Part shown: in pieces, positions 34,011 through 46,482 of the stretch
Position numbering within the stretch: the stretch's first letter is position 1
Layout of the letters: every line of letters starts with the position of its first letter
Assembly (NCBI RefSeq): GCF_964194155.1
Contig: NC_135899.1
Span: 35,154,001 to 35,218,000 of the forward strand
Source: Cetorhinus maximus
Taxonomy: Eukaryota
Length of the DNA stretch: 64,000 bases
Reading direction: 5' to 3'
Program-made: the position numbers and the translations under genes
The notes under the pieces: generated by a model
Seen by the model: only the letters and a program-made list of their open reading frames with translations
The model's database searches: none
Told to the model about the DNA's origin: nothing

Positions 34011-36153
34011 TTGACAATCATCTCAGCTCTACATCTCTCTAAGACTTCTGCACTCTTCAAACTTTTGATCTCTTGAGCATCCCTGATTTTAATTGCTCCA
34101 CCTTGTCCAAATGCGGCAAGACCTGAACAATGTCCAGTCTTGGGTTGACCAGTGGCAAGTAACATTCATGCCACACAAGTGCCAGGCAATGACCATCTCC
34201 AACAAGGGAGAATCTAACCATCACCTCTAACCCAGGACCGCTACCATTTAGAAGGACAAGGGCAGTAGACACATGGGAACACCACCACCTGGAAGTTCCC
34301 CTCCAAGCCACTCACCATCCTGACTTGGAAATATATCGCCATTCCTTCACTGTTGCTGAGGGAACTCCCTCCTAAACAGCACTGTGGGTGTATCTACACC
34401 ACATGGACCTCAGCGGTTCAAGAAGGCAGCTCACCACCACATTCTCAAGGGCAACTGGGGATGGGCAATAAATGCTGGCCCCGCTGGTGATGCCCACATA
34501 CCATGAATGAATTAAAAAAAACATTGGTGGCCGTGTGCTCAACTGCCTGGGCCCGAAGCTCTGGAATTTTCCTCCCTAAACCCCTCTATCTCTCTACCTC
34601 TCTTTCCTCTTGTAAGACACTCCTTAACATCTACCTCTTTAACTATGCTTTTGGCTATCTGCACCAAAATTTCCTTCTGTGCCTCAGTGTCAAATTTTGT
34701 TAACACTCTTGCAAAGCACCTTGGGACATTGAACTATATTAAAGGTGCTATATAAATGCAAGTTGTTGTTTGTTGTTCTATGAAGTCAGAAAATGACCAG
34801 GTGTTCTGTAGCAGCATGATTCCCCTCATGGTTCACTATCTTTCTGACCCTCACTGTGAAGCAGTCTCCCATTGAGGGGGCAGACTCATTGTAAAGGGAG
34901 ATTGGGTTATCACCTAAAACTAGCAGCAGAGCAGGGTAGGAATGGCTGCACACTAGTTCAAACTCAGTGTGTCAAGGAGCACTGAAGGATGCACCTTCAG
35001 GCTGCAGTCCCCTTCCTGCATGGTTGGGGTGGGGGTGGGGTGAGGTGGCAGGTGGGTTGAGGGTAGTTCCTGACCTCAGTCCAGATAGAGAGGAGGCAGT
35101 GGGCAGAGAGGCAAGTGGCAGAGAGGGAGCCAATGCTGCTCCTGACATGTCTATCTACTGGTTTGATGATGATCATGGAATGAGGGCTGTGCTGGGCTGT
35201 GAGATTGTGGTGGAATACAATCCTGCTGCTGCTGATGGCTCACTGCACCTCATGGATACCCAGTTTTGGGATCTGTCCTTAGTCTACTTCCCTAGTGATG
35301 ACTAACATGGCGAAATAGTAATTCATCAGTTGTGTTAGGAACTAGAGATAGTTTAAGTAAGTTATATTTATATTCTGCATGTTAAGAATGAAGTAGTAGA
35401 ATGGAGTAGTTTAATCTCTCTAGCTGACATACGGGCAGTCTGCTGTGGAAATTAACTCTAAGAATCTTAGATGAATTGCTCTAGAGATAAAGTAACAGTG
35501 AATGTCAAGTGAGTTCTAGATCTCAAGGGAGATACCAAGTTGTTGGCTGTCTACTGGGAGAGGGAACTGCAGGAAGCAGGTCCTAAAGGAAAAAGAGAGG
35601 GCCCAAGAAGACCTTTCAGTTAAGTCAAAGGACAAGGACAGGAATCTCCTGTTAGGAGAAATTTAAAGCAAGGAGCAGACAGGAAGGCTCTGAGCTGAAA
35701 GGGAGAAAGCTCCAAGTTGAAGCAAAATAGGCTTGTGAGAAGCCAGAAGATCCAAGGAGACAGCTGAGGGTCTGTAACTCTTTGAGCATATAAAGCAGTG
35801 GTGTTCTGTCAGCACTGCTAAGTCTGAGAGCGCATGGAAGGAAGCTTGAATGCACGTGGCGATCCAGGGGGGAGGGATATCAGAAGGAGAGTTTAAAACC
35901 CCGGGGGTGGACCATTGTGGAAGGCATTTGAGAAAAGGTATTGTTTTGAAGAAGATTCCAAAGCAAGTTCTTCGACTGGAGATTGGAAACCCTCGTGTGA
36001 AAGACAGAGTTCAGTGAAGCTGGTTGGCTTACGGTGTGACAAGCGTCTGGGGGGAGTTGATGAGAGATCCGTAGTGCCGGTTTGAGGTGGCATCTGTCAC
36101 TTTGTTTCAGACTGTGGTGTCTGACCATCGGTCGCCTATTGGTTTACATGGAC

Positions 36154-37297
36154 TATTATGATATGGCAGGTGATACGTGCCAGGTGGACCAAATCCAAAA
36201 GGGAAACTTGGCCATCCTGTCACAACAGTTTTGCAATTTTTTATTATTACGAGAGGCTTATGCACTGAATTCAGAAGTAACAAGTCCGCTAACACCTTTA
36301 GAGATTTTAAAGGTAAATTAAAACATTTATTACAAAAGAAAGAAAACAAAATAAACACGCACAAGATTACAGTTATTTAGTCTTAACAGTTCCCAAAATT
36401 CTTAATTAACCAGGCTCCCAAACTACACACCCCCTTTAAGGCAACAGTTCAAAATAGATTTGAAATTTAAATAAGCAATCCAGCAAGGTTACCACAGCAC
36501 CCACTCGACAATGGAATCCCAAAGGCTTTCAACACAACTTTAGTTACTGGACACAGCAGACTTCTGCAAAAGAAGCTAGAGGCTGTTTCCCCACGTCTGT
36601 TTCACACGGCATACCTTTTGATCTTACATGGCCACACACACATAGCCTTCCATCCCTCTTTACATATGTTTTCTCCATCTTTAATCTGTAAATTCCATTG
36701 TTCTACAGGTGTTTGGAAACGTACTTTTTCCATAATATAAAAATTTTTCATGTTGTCAATATGGTCAGTACCGTTGGGAAAGCTCAATGTAATAACCTTG
36801 CCCTATTCATCTTGCCAATCATAAAATCTTATATCTTCTTCGAAAGTCCAACAGCCCTTCCCCTTGTCTAAAAATACAAATTTTATTCACACCTTATATG
36901 CTGCCCTCATCCATTTTACTCATTAGCATTTCAAATACCCTTCTTACACCTAACTCCTTTTGATAAGAAACAGAAATACCTGGAAAAACTCAGCAGGTCT
37001 GGCAGCATCGGCGGAGGAGAGCACAGTCGACGTTTCGAGAAACGTCAACTGTGCTCTCCTCCGCCAATGCTGCCAGACCTGCTGAGTTTTTCCAGGTATT
37101 TCTGTTTCTGTTTTTGTTTTGGATTTCCAGCATCCGCAATTTTTTTGCTTTTATCCTTTTGATAAGTTCAAGTTTGCAGTCTATCTGACTCTAATTCAAT
37201 TAAATCAGCCACGCACATAGAACCATCCACATTCACAACCATAAACCTACTTTACAATAATCCACAATACAATGAAAAATATGATAGCTTCGTGACA
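36154..37297 (-). mobile_element. Solo LTR (B1) of Gmr1-like Gypsy
   Basis: 4-bp TSD ggac (36150-36153/37298-37301). Homologous along its length to LTR 39321-40221. Confidence 0.85.
36968..37153. mobile_element. Penelope-derived fold-back mini-element
   Basis: ~70-bp inverted arms around a 2-nt loop (37037-37038). 13-bp TSD tccttttgataag (36955-36967/37154-37166). Absent from sister LTR at ~40130. Confidence 0.85.
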
Positions 37298-37631
37298 GGA
37301 CAATGTACTCACTGTGATCATGAGAGTATAAGATAGCTTTTGTAGCTTGTGCTACTCTTACAATCTGAATATAAGGTATAGGTGTGGGTGAAAGAGTATT
37401 GTAATATAGTTCATCTTTTCTTGTTGAATAAATGTTTTATTCTTTTGTTAAAAGTTCATCAGCTGACTCCCGTGACTCTGTTCAGTAGCCGCCCTCCACG
37501 TTTCTAAACAAAAAATAAAAGTTAGGATCTATCAAGCCGGTTTCCACCCTGGAATCTGGCTGAGCCAGTAGTAACATCAGCTGTGATCATAACAGTTAGG
37601 AGTGGTAAATTTCCTTGCACTTGTTTGAGCT

Positions 37632-40600
37632 TGTGAGAAGAGATGTTATTTTTAAAAATATTTTTGGGGAATATTGTGTTATTCTGTAAAGAAGGTTGTG
37701 TGTGTGTGAGAGAGAGAGAGAGAGATTTAATTAAGCTGGGCAAGAGATAGATAGGAGTCAGGTTGTCTGGGAGTTTGAAACATGAAAAGGATAGAGGTGT
37801 TAAGTTTGAGGTACAAGTAAATAGCTTAGATCTAAGATTTGCATTTTTAGATAAGTTGAGAGTTTGTTTTGTTATGACATGGCAGGTGATATCCAGCTAA
37901 TTGGATATCAGCATCTTTCCTCTGCCTTTTACATTTCTCCTCTTCCGGTTTCAACATGTGAGTTTATGATCTCATTACTACACAATCTGGAAACAATCCA
38001 GGCTATTCTTCCTGCAACACTTCTGTTGAGTACTCCTCCACAGGCTGCTTGACTACAGTAGGCACCACCAACATCTGTGACCCAGCTATATCATTACCTA
38101 AAATAAATTGAAGCCCTGCAATGGGCATTTTTTCCACTACTCCAATAATCAGTTCACCTGTTTTTCACTTACTCTTTAAATTTACCTTCCCCATGAGTTT
38201 AGATCTATCATAATCATCAGCGATCTCTGCTGCTTGTCTTATTATTTTAACACTCCACATGAGTTCTCAGTACTGAAGGAATTGAATTTTTAAATTCTTC
38301 CAAAAGAATTACTTCTCCAAGAGCTGCATATGTTGTCTCTACCTTTAATGCCCATGTACAACTGTCAAAATTACTTTGTTTTACTCTCTCAAACTCAATA
38401 TAAGTCTGACCAGGCTGTTTCCTTATATCCCTAACTTTCTGCCTGTATGCCTCAGGAACCAATTCATATGCACTCAAAATAACCTTTTTTATTGCTTCAT
38501 AATCCGGTGACATCTCTTCTGACAGTGATGCATATACCTCGCGAGCTCTACCTACCAACCTACCTGTAACAGCAATGTCCGGATTTCTTGTGGACATTTC
38601 ATCTGTTTAGTTATCTTCTCAAATGAAATAAAGAACGCCAATACATCCCTTTCCTCAAACTTCAGAAGTACCTACACAAATTTAAACATCCCCATTGGGT
38701 TTTAGATTGGAAGTGGTCATTTCATCCTCAGAACCTCCCTCCGCCTCCGAGATCTCTTTTTTAACTTCCAGTTTTTTAAGCTGATATCCCCTTTCTCTTT
38801 CCTTCATCGCTAATTTCTCCCTCTGAAGATCAAGTTTTCTCATTTCCATTTCCCTTTGAAATGCTCTCTCTTTTTCCTGTTTCTTTTCTTTCGCCTCCAA
38901 CTCAAATTTTTTCAGTTCCTTTTCATGTTCAAACTGCTTCATTTACAACTGGATCTCAGCTAATTCAATTGACTCTCCCCCTAAAGAACCTGGTCTCTCT
39001 CGTATCCCTTCCAATTTCAAATGCTGTGCCAATACTTTAATTATGTCTGCTTTCTTTGTGTCTACAGTTAACCTCAACTACAACATATCTGCCAATTCTG
39101 TTAATTTAACCTTAGTTAATTTTTATAAACCAATCAGAAATATATCTTCTACTCCCAGAAAAGTCTTAGCAATTGATAAAGCCATATTTGCAATCTCAAC
39201 TTTAAATTCTCTCACACTAACTCCTGAGTTCAATGTGTTTCTCATACTCATAGCCTTAAGATTCACCAACTCCAAGCCAATCAAGGAATTTTCAAAAATC
39301 CTGCAAAGAGCCCCCAGTTTTGTTATGACATGGCAGGTGATATGTGCCAGACAGATCAAGTCCACAAGGGAAACTTGGCCATGCTATCACAATGGTTTTG
39401 CAATTTGTATTTATTATGAGAAGGCTTATGCACTGAATTCAGCAGTAACAAGTCCTCTAACACCTTCAGAGACTTTTTAAAAGTAAATTAAAACATTTGT
39501 TACCAAAAGAAAACAAAACAATAAACACAGAAGTTTACAGTTACACGGTTATTTAGTCTTAACAGTTCACAAAATTCTTAATTAAACAGGCTCCCAACTA
39601 CACACCCCATTTAAGGCAACTGCCTAAAAATAGATTTTAAATTTAAATAAGCAACCCAGCAAGGTAACCACAGCACCCACTCAACACTGGAATTCCAAAG
39701 GCTTTTCATACAAGTTTAGTTACTGGACACAGCAGACATCAGCAAAAGTGGCTAGAGGCCTTTCTCCAAGGCTGCTTTACACGGTGTACCTTTCAAGATG
39801 TTACACGGCCACACCCTACATAACCTTCCATACTTCTTTAAATGCATTTCTTCATCGTTAATCTGTAAAATACATTGTTCTACATATCTTTGGAAATTTA
39901 CTTTTTCCCATAATATAAAAATCTTTCATGTTGTCAATATGGCCAGTACCTCTGAGAAAAATCAATGTAATAACCTTGCCCTCTTCATCGTGCCAGTCGT
40001 AAAACCTTATCATATCACCTTTGAAATTCCAACAACTCTTCCCCTTATCTAAAAATGCAAATTTTATACACACCCTACATGCTGCCCTAACCCATTAGCA
40101 TTTCAATTGCCTTTTACACCCAACTGATTTTGATAAGTTCAACCCTGCAGTCTATCTAATCAGCCACACAGACAACATAAACCCACAATAATATAATGAA
40201 AAATATGATAGCTTCATGGCAGTTTGAATATCAAAGGGGAGTCAGAGGAGCAAAGAAGCATGTTTGCATCTTACAGGAGTTCCATAGGTAAATAGTAGTG
40301 GCAAAATTATATTTTATTGACCCAAAAGCAAAGACAAGATAGAGACATAAAATATTGTATATTTGGAAGGATTTGAGTTTCAAAGAGGTGTGAGAACAAT
40401 GGAACTGGAGATGAAAGAGGAAGAAAAGTATTTTAGAGTAACTGAGCAGAGCTTAGCTAGAGATAGCTGGAGCTGAGCTGGGAGCAGTCATCTCTGGGTT
40501 GGGAGGAGTTGCAGTTTGAATCAAACACCCAGTCAAGCCAGAAAAATCTTGGGCTGCAACAAGCAGTTTTATTCTAAAGTGGAATCCACTGCAGACTGGA

Positions 40601-41003
40601 TGAGGGTAGAGGTCATGTGGTATGCTTTTATTGAAGTTACAGCAGTTCGCCTTATGTAGTATTACTGAATTTCTTTTATAGTTAATACTTATAACGGTGT
40701 GTTGCCTGGAGGTGTTTACTTGTGGTCTGACTAAGTAGAGAGTCTTTTTGGGGAATCTTTTGTAAGACTAATCTTAACTGTGTAACGGTAATCTTGTGTG
40801 CTTAAGTTTTCTTTTATTCTTGTTAATAAAACTTTTATTTTCAATTTTTAAAATCCCAAAAGTATTACTGGAAATCCTACTGCTGAGATCAGTACGCCTT
40901 ATTCTCATTTGTGGAATATTAAAAATAAAGCAATGGCTCATAAGCCAAGTTTCCCTCTGGGATTTGGTTTGCACAACAATTAACACCGGCTGTGGTCATA
41001 AAA
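37632..41003 (+). mobile_element. Solo LTR (C), interrupted by a deleted provirus
   Basis: TGTGAG...GGTCATAAAA with (g)agct duplication (37627-37631/41004-41008) and AATAAA near 3' end. Confidence 0.7.
37870..40221 (-). mobile_element. Gmr1-like Gypsy, deleted provirus: 5' LTR, PBS, gag with SCAN-like domain, LTR stub
   Basis: TSD gttt (37866-37869/40222-40225). LTR 39321-40221. PBS TGGGGGCTC (tRNA-Pro type) at rc 39308-39316. Gag coiled coil (38682-38942) and SCAN-like YELVPEAYRQK...ILLEEFKNSIP (38247-38597). Confidence 0.85.
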
Positions 41004-41653
41004 GAGCTGAAGCCATGATACTCCATGAAGTTAATATTGAGGACTTTCCCACCTTCCAATGAGATGAGTCATACTCAGGGATGCGATGAAGGGATGTTTC
41101 TAGATTGATATGATTCAGTGAGTATCACTGCAGTTGACCAGAAGGAATTGGAGGTAATCATGGTTCCTTTTCCTGTTTTACAGAAGGATTGCACCGTACT
41201 ACACCAGAGAATACAGAGAGGATAGACACCGCAGATAGATCCTGACCATCACCCAAGGAACAACTGCACAACTGTGGGAAGACATCCAGTCCCTTCACAG
41301 TATTGCTCAACACAGAGAAGGTTGGGCAGTGAAACCATCTTCTGGAAATCGGTCAGGTCAGGGGAGCTTTGACATATCATCAGATCTGAAGCTGGTCAGT
41401 GGTCTGGAACCTTCCATCAGAAGCAACCTTTCTGAAGGTTTGGCTGTGGGCGATCGGTCAGGGTGAGGCTGGGAAGAAGTGTGAGTGGCTCCAAGTGTGG
41501 TGAGAGTTTCAATCATTCATCGAGCCTCATGAACCACTGACTCATTCCTACAGGTGAGAAGCTGTTCAAGTGTGAGGTGTGTGAGGAGAACTTCACAGGT
41601 TCAAATAAGGGAAGATGCAACTGTTGGACCACCTGTAACACTAGGACAGCTAC

Positions 41654-42673
41654 ATGGAAGTGAAACCATTCAAGTGTGAGGTGTGTGACCGAGCCTTCAC
41701 ACGGCCATCGACACTCGTGCAACATCAACGCATTCACACTGGGGAGAGGCCGTTCAAGTGTGAGGTTTGTAACAAGTGCTTTGCACAATCATCTGGCCTG
41801 GTGATTCACAGGCGCATTCACACAGGGGAGAAACCATACACGTGTGAAGTGTGCAGAAAATCATTCTCACAGTCATCGATCCTTCGTGTACACCAACACA
41901 TTCACACAGGGGAGAAACCGTTCCCATGCAAGTTTTGCCACAAATCTTTCTCAAAGTCATCGCAACTCCTCATGCACCAACACATTCAAACTGGGGAGAA
42001 ACCATTCATCTGTGAAGTGTGTGACAAATCATTCTCACGGTATTCGTCGCTCCGCATGCACCAACGCATGCACACTGGAGAGAATCCATTTACGTGTGAG
42101 GTGTGTGTCAAATCATTCTCAAACGCATCGTCCCTCCGTGTACACCAACGCATTCACACTGGCGAGAATCTGTTCATATGCGAGGTGTGTGAGAAATCAT
42201 TGTCGACCTCATCATCCCTCCGTAGACACCAGTGCACTCACACAGGTAAGAAGCTGTTCACATGCGAGGTGTGTGACAAATCATTTTCGCGGTCATCGAC
42301 ACTCTGCGAACACCAACGTATTCACACAGGGGAGAAACCATTCACATGCGAGGTGTGTGGCAAAGCCTTTACACAGTTATCGCATCTCCTGGTCCATCAG
42401 ACAATCCACACAGGGGAGAAACCTTTCAGGTGTGAGGTTTGTGATAAAGCTTTTGCAACATCTACGAGGCTCCTGATGCACCAGGGCATCCATACAGGGG
42501 AGAAACCCTTCAGGTGTGAGGTTTGTGAGATGGCTTTCACCCAATCCTCTGATCTCCTCAGGCACCAGAGGATTCACACAGGGGAGAAATGCTTCAAGTG
42601 TGAGGTGTGCGACAAATCATTCTCACGGTCATGGAACCTCTTGCTCCATCAGAGGATCCATACAGGGGACTAA
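41654..42673 (+). CDS. C2H2 zinc-finger protein, 12 fingers (finger 4 has H>Q), no effector domain (ZNF-3, 339 aa)
   Basis: Intact ORF with an in-frame stop just upstream, shared ATG context, acceptor ttttacag at 41183. Confidence 0.88.
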   Translation: MEVKPFKCEVCDRAFTRPSTLVQHQRIHTGERPFKCEVCNKCFAQSSGLVIHRRIHTGEKPYTCEVCRKSFSQSSILRVHQHIHTGEKPFPCKFCHKSFSKSSQLLMHQHIQTGEKPFICEVCDKSFSRYSSLRMHQRMHTGENPFTCEVCVKSFSNASSLRVHQRIHTGENLFICEVCEKSLSTSSSLRRHQCTHTGKKLFTCEVCDKSFSRSSTLCEHQRIHTGEKPFTCEVCGKAFTQLSHLLVHQTIHTGEKPFRCEVCDKAFATSTRLLMHQGIHTGEKPFRCEVCEMAFTQSSDLLRHQRIHTGEKCFKCEVCDKSFSRSWNLLLHQRIHTGD

Positions 42674-42889
42674 ACCTACAAGTGTGAGGTTTGCAATAAA
42701 TCTTTCATGACATCTTTATCCTGGGACAGCAGATGATTTGCACAGGGGAGAAATCCTTCTGTGAAGTGTGTGACAAATCATTCTCACGGTATTCGTCGCT
42801 CCGCATGCACCAACGCATACATACTGGACAGAATCCATTTACGTGTGAGGTGTGTGTCAAATCATTCTCAAACGCATCGTCTGTGAGAC

Positions 42890-43715
42890 AGATTTCATCC
42901 AATCTTTCAATCTCCTAAAGCACCAGCGGATCCACGGCGGATGTCTGAAGATTTTCCAGATTGGTCGTGAGCTGCACCTGGAATTCCTCTCTTCGGTCGG
43001 GCTGTTTTAGGGTTGAGACATTGAACTTCTTCCTCTTGGACTTTTGGGCCTTGTGATGTCTTGGTGCTGGATGGATGTTCATCACTGATTGAACAAGTCG
43101 ACAATCTATCCAGCAGGCATCAGTCCCCCACATGAATCGAGTGATAAAGACATCACTCAGAACTTTGACTTGACTTTAGACCTTCCAGAGGAACCTCCGA
43201 CATGGTCTTTGTTTCCACAGAAATTTGAGAAAAATATGAAGAACACCAGGAACTCTTCATTACATTCGTCGACATGGCCAAAGCATTTGACTCAGTAAAT
43301 TGCATGGCTCTGTGGATTGTGCTCCAATGATTTGGATGTCCAAGAAACTTCATCACAATCCTGCAATTGCTTCATGGTGATATGACTGCAACTGTTTTGA
43401 GTGGGAGATCTGAAACAGAAGTCTTCAAAATCCAGACTGGTGTCAAGCAAGGCTGTGTGATATCCCCTATTCTATTTACAATCTACCTGACAGTGATTAT
43501 TCACTTTATCAAAAATCAACTGCCCTCTGGTGTCAGTATTAAATACCATCTAGATGGGAAATTCATTTACCTCGGTTGCCTCCGTTCCAAAACTAAACTG
43601 ACCACCATAGATACACATAATCTACAGTTTGCAGATGACTGCAGTGTCGTTGCCCACTCTGCAACAGATTTACAAACCACTCTCGATCTCTTCAATTCTG
43701 CACAAAAAAAACTCA
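42890..43715 (+). mobile_element. RTE-clade LINE fragment
   Basis: ORF 43367-43720: TGVKQGCVISPILF, LQFADDC. Upstream FVDMAKAFDSVN. Confidence 0.8.
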
Positions 43716-43849
43716 AATAAAAACATTAATTGCTGGAAAAATCAGCAGAATCTGTGGAGAGAGAAAAACACAGTTAACATTTCAAGTCCAATATGACACT
43801 TATTCAGAACTTCTTCAGAACCTTCTGAGACGAGAGTGCTAACACAGCT

Positions 43850-44740
43850 GACAATAACTTATAATATTTCTGTTGTATTAGATTCAGTTTCTAAAGGGTT
43901 AAGTCCCAAGGCTGTGGACAGAATGCTTTTCCCCCTGTAAACTGGCAGCCTGAAAGTTTGATTCGATTTAAAGTGGTAACTAGTTAGAGTTGCAGGTGTC
44001 AGTGCTGTCTTTGTGTCTGGGTTCCTGAAGCTGTGAAAGGTGGTAAAGTCCCTGGTGTCAGCTGGAATGGACATCTTAAGGGATTGTCGTCAATCAGTAC
44101 TGCTGATTAACCATTCTGCTTTCATTCACTCATGAAAGTTCTATTGTTCAGGCACAGTTCTAACAGTCTGTCAGGAATAAAACTCGAGGAATAACCCACT
44201 CGTCCCAGGAAAGCTCAGTGTTAGTTTTAGTGAGGTTTTTGAGCTTGTTTTCAAATCCCTCCATGGCCTCTCCCCTCCCTATCTCTGTAATCTCTTCCAC
44301 CCCTCAGTACTGCAATGGAATGTCAGCCATGACTTTTTGTGCTCAAGTCCTATGGTGGGACTTGAAGCCACAACTCAGAGAGCAAGGTTGTCGGTTCAAG
44401 TCCAGCTCCTGATAAATTATTCCATGAACCTGTTAAAGCTGTTGTTAGGGTCACACGAATAATTCCTCAGGCTCTGGGCTCCCTGTACAAACCCCACCAT
44501 TCATTAAAACACAAACATGTTGTAAAATGAGTGAAGAAATTATCCTGCAGATGTTTACCCACTGCGTTTATCATAAAGCCAATCAGATCACAATGTACCA
44601 ACCTTAAATAAAACTGTTTCAATTGGTCACACACAATTCTTTCAAATGTTTGTTTTTGTAAAACCCTTTGACAAATATGCAACAGCCACAAGGACACAGA
44701 TTGTGGCCAAGAGTTTATACTCGTTTGAGATGGTTTTATC
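43850..44740 (+). repeat. Segmental paralog of 9500-9568, 10229-10352 and 12556-13260 (empty sites)
   Basis: Collinear high similarity, lacking the CR1 and Vingi insertions. Confidence 0.85.
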
Positions 44741-45009
44741 TGCTTCCTTTTTTCCTTTTAGATAGAGTTTACAATTTTGAACTTTCTCTCTATCCCTCTC
44801 ATCTTTATAATACTGGACGAGGAGAGATAGGAGAGAGGAAGAGGAGGAAAAATGGGAGGAGAGAGAATGAGAATGAAAGTGGAGAATTAGGAAGAGGACA
44901 GCGTCAAAAAGGAGGAGTGAAGAGGAAGAGGAGAAGGAGGAGAGTAAATGACTCCGTAGAGTAAATGCCTTCATTAAATTTAATACAACACTTAGAGAAC
45001 AGCAGCAGA

Positions 45010-45540
45010 GGTCACTGGAATTTTATGGAATAGCTGTTTCCCCAAGGTGCTGGGAGTGATTGATAACGCTCACATGGCATTGAAGGTCACCCGAGGAGAC
45101 TCACAGAGTTACCTGAACAGAAAGCAATTTCCCTCCTCCATGTAGTGTGTAATGTCCAACTGAGAATACTCCATGTGAACGTCACTCACACTGGATCATC
45201 CCACAATGCTTTCATTGTCAGGAACTCAGGCATCAGACCCATATTCGGGGAAGGGGAGTGACCTGATGGCTGGTTAGGGACAAGGTCCATCCCTTTCTTC
45301 TGTGGCTGATGCCACCATTTCATGCACCACACACTGAGGAGGAGGTGTTGTTTATTGACACCCGTGTCTCTCTGAGGCAGCTCACAGAGAGAAGCTAGTG
45401 GGATGTTGAAGAACTGTTTCAGGTACTGGCTACACCAGGGGGTGGATCGCAGTATTCCCCAGAGAGAGAGAATGGTCACAATCATCCTTGTGTACTGTAC
45501 ACTGAACAATATCACTCTCAAACAAGGTCTAGACTGGGAC
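45010..45540 (+). mobile_element. Harbinger transposase fossil (longer copy)
   Basis: Same motifs as 32195, plus GWLG.K, MLKNCFRYW and IILVYCTLNNI (Harbinger C-terminus C.LHN). Confidence 0.78.
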
Positions 45541-45939
45541 AGCTCAGGAGAGGAACCAGGAGAGGTGAATGGACTAGGACATCCCGGGAGAGGTGAATGG
45601 ACTGGGATCTCCTGGGAGAGCAACTGACAAGGTGAATATTATGACTCCAAAACTGGAGCTGAGGGGAGCTGAACGTTCACAGGAGGCAACCCCTGGACGG
45701 GTCAGGCCTGTCAGATATCACCTCATGGGGCATCTACTCACACAATGAGCCCCATCTACTTTCCGAGTCACTGAGTCACCCACAGAGTATTGGGGCAATT
45801 ACCCCTATCCCTCTCTCCTGTGCCCCTCCCTCCTGTGCTCCTCTCCCATATGCCTGCACTTACTCTCTCTCCTGTATCCCTCGCTCCTGTGCCCTTTTCA
45901 CCTGTTTCCCTCTCTCCTTTGCATGTGCCGATCCCACCA

Positions 45940-46482
45940 CTGCACGTCATCGCTGCCTTGGATGCTGTGGATCATCCTCTTCTGATCTGCTGTCAAACAC
46001 ATCCAAGGCTACACATCCCACACTGATGTTGTCAGTTTGAAAGCCTTCAAGGATGAAGAATGCTATTCCCACACTTAAATCTCTGTCAAACGTTTACCAG
46101 GGGGAACTGAGACAGCAGCTGCAATAGTGAGGTTTTATTCAGATGGGACAATGACAAGTTTAAATCCCCACCTGATCTGCTGCTTAAAGTCACCTCCGTT
46201 TCACCGGTCAGTTTCCCAAACTTCTGGAAACTCATGTTACTCCAGAAATATTTGGATTGGCTGTGAGAGACGTCAATCAGAGAGCCCCACCCACTCTGCC
46301 CATTCTGTCCTCTTCCTCTTCCACAGCTGCTTCACTTCCTGTAGGGACTGAAAACCAAGTGAGGAGATGGTGAGTGAAGGAACAGAATTTATAATAATTA
46401 CATCACATAATATCCACACTAATGTTCAGGCAGCCTGACTATCCTGTGGAGAATCAGGTGTGGAAATGCCCCTTATGCTGCG
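45940..46482 (+). promoter_or_regulatory. ZNF cassette promoter and exon 1 (copy P4; continues 49484-49547 and 50749-50920, exon 2 at 50802-50840)
   Basis: Same motifs. ATG(46367-46369)|gtgagt. Intron 1 is split by Gypsy and Penelope insertions. Confidence 0.7.

Larger units (their letters stand above)
35333..37594 (+). mobile_element. Solo LTR (A), interrupted by LTR B1
   Basis: TGTTAGG...GATCATAACA, flanks gttg/gtta, AATAAA near 3' end. Empty site at ~26290. Confidence 0.7.

Noticed and set aside
45954-46010. gccttggatg...catccaaggc hairpin in the upstream block as an ncRNA
   Set aside because: 10-bp stem degraded without compensation in the 13681 and 21865 copies.
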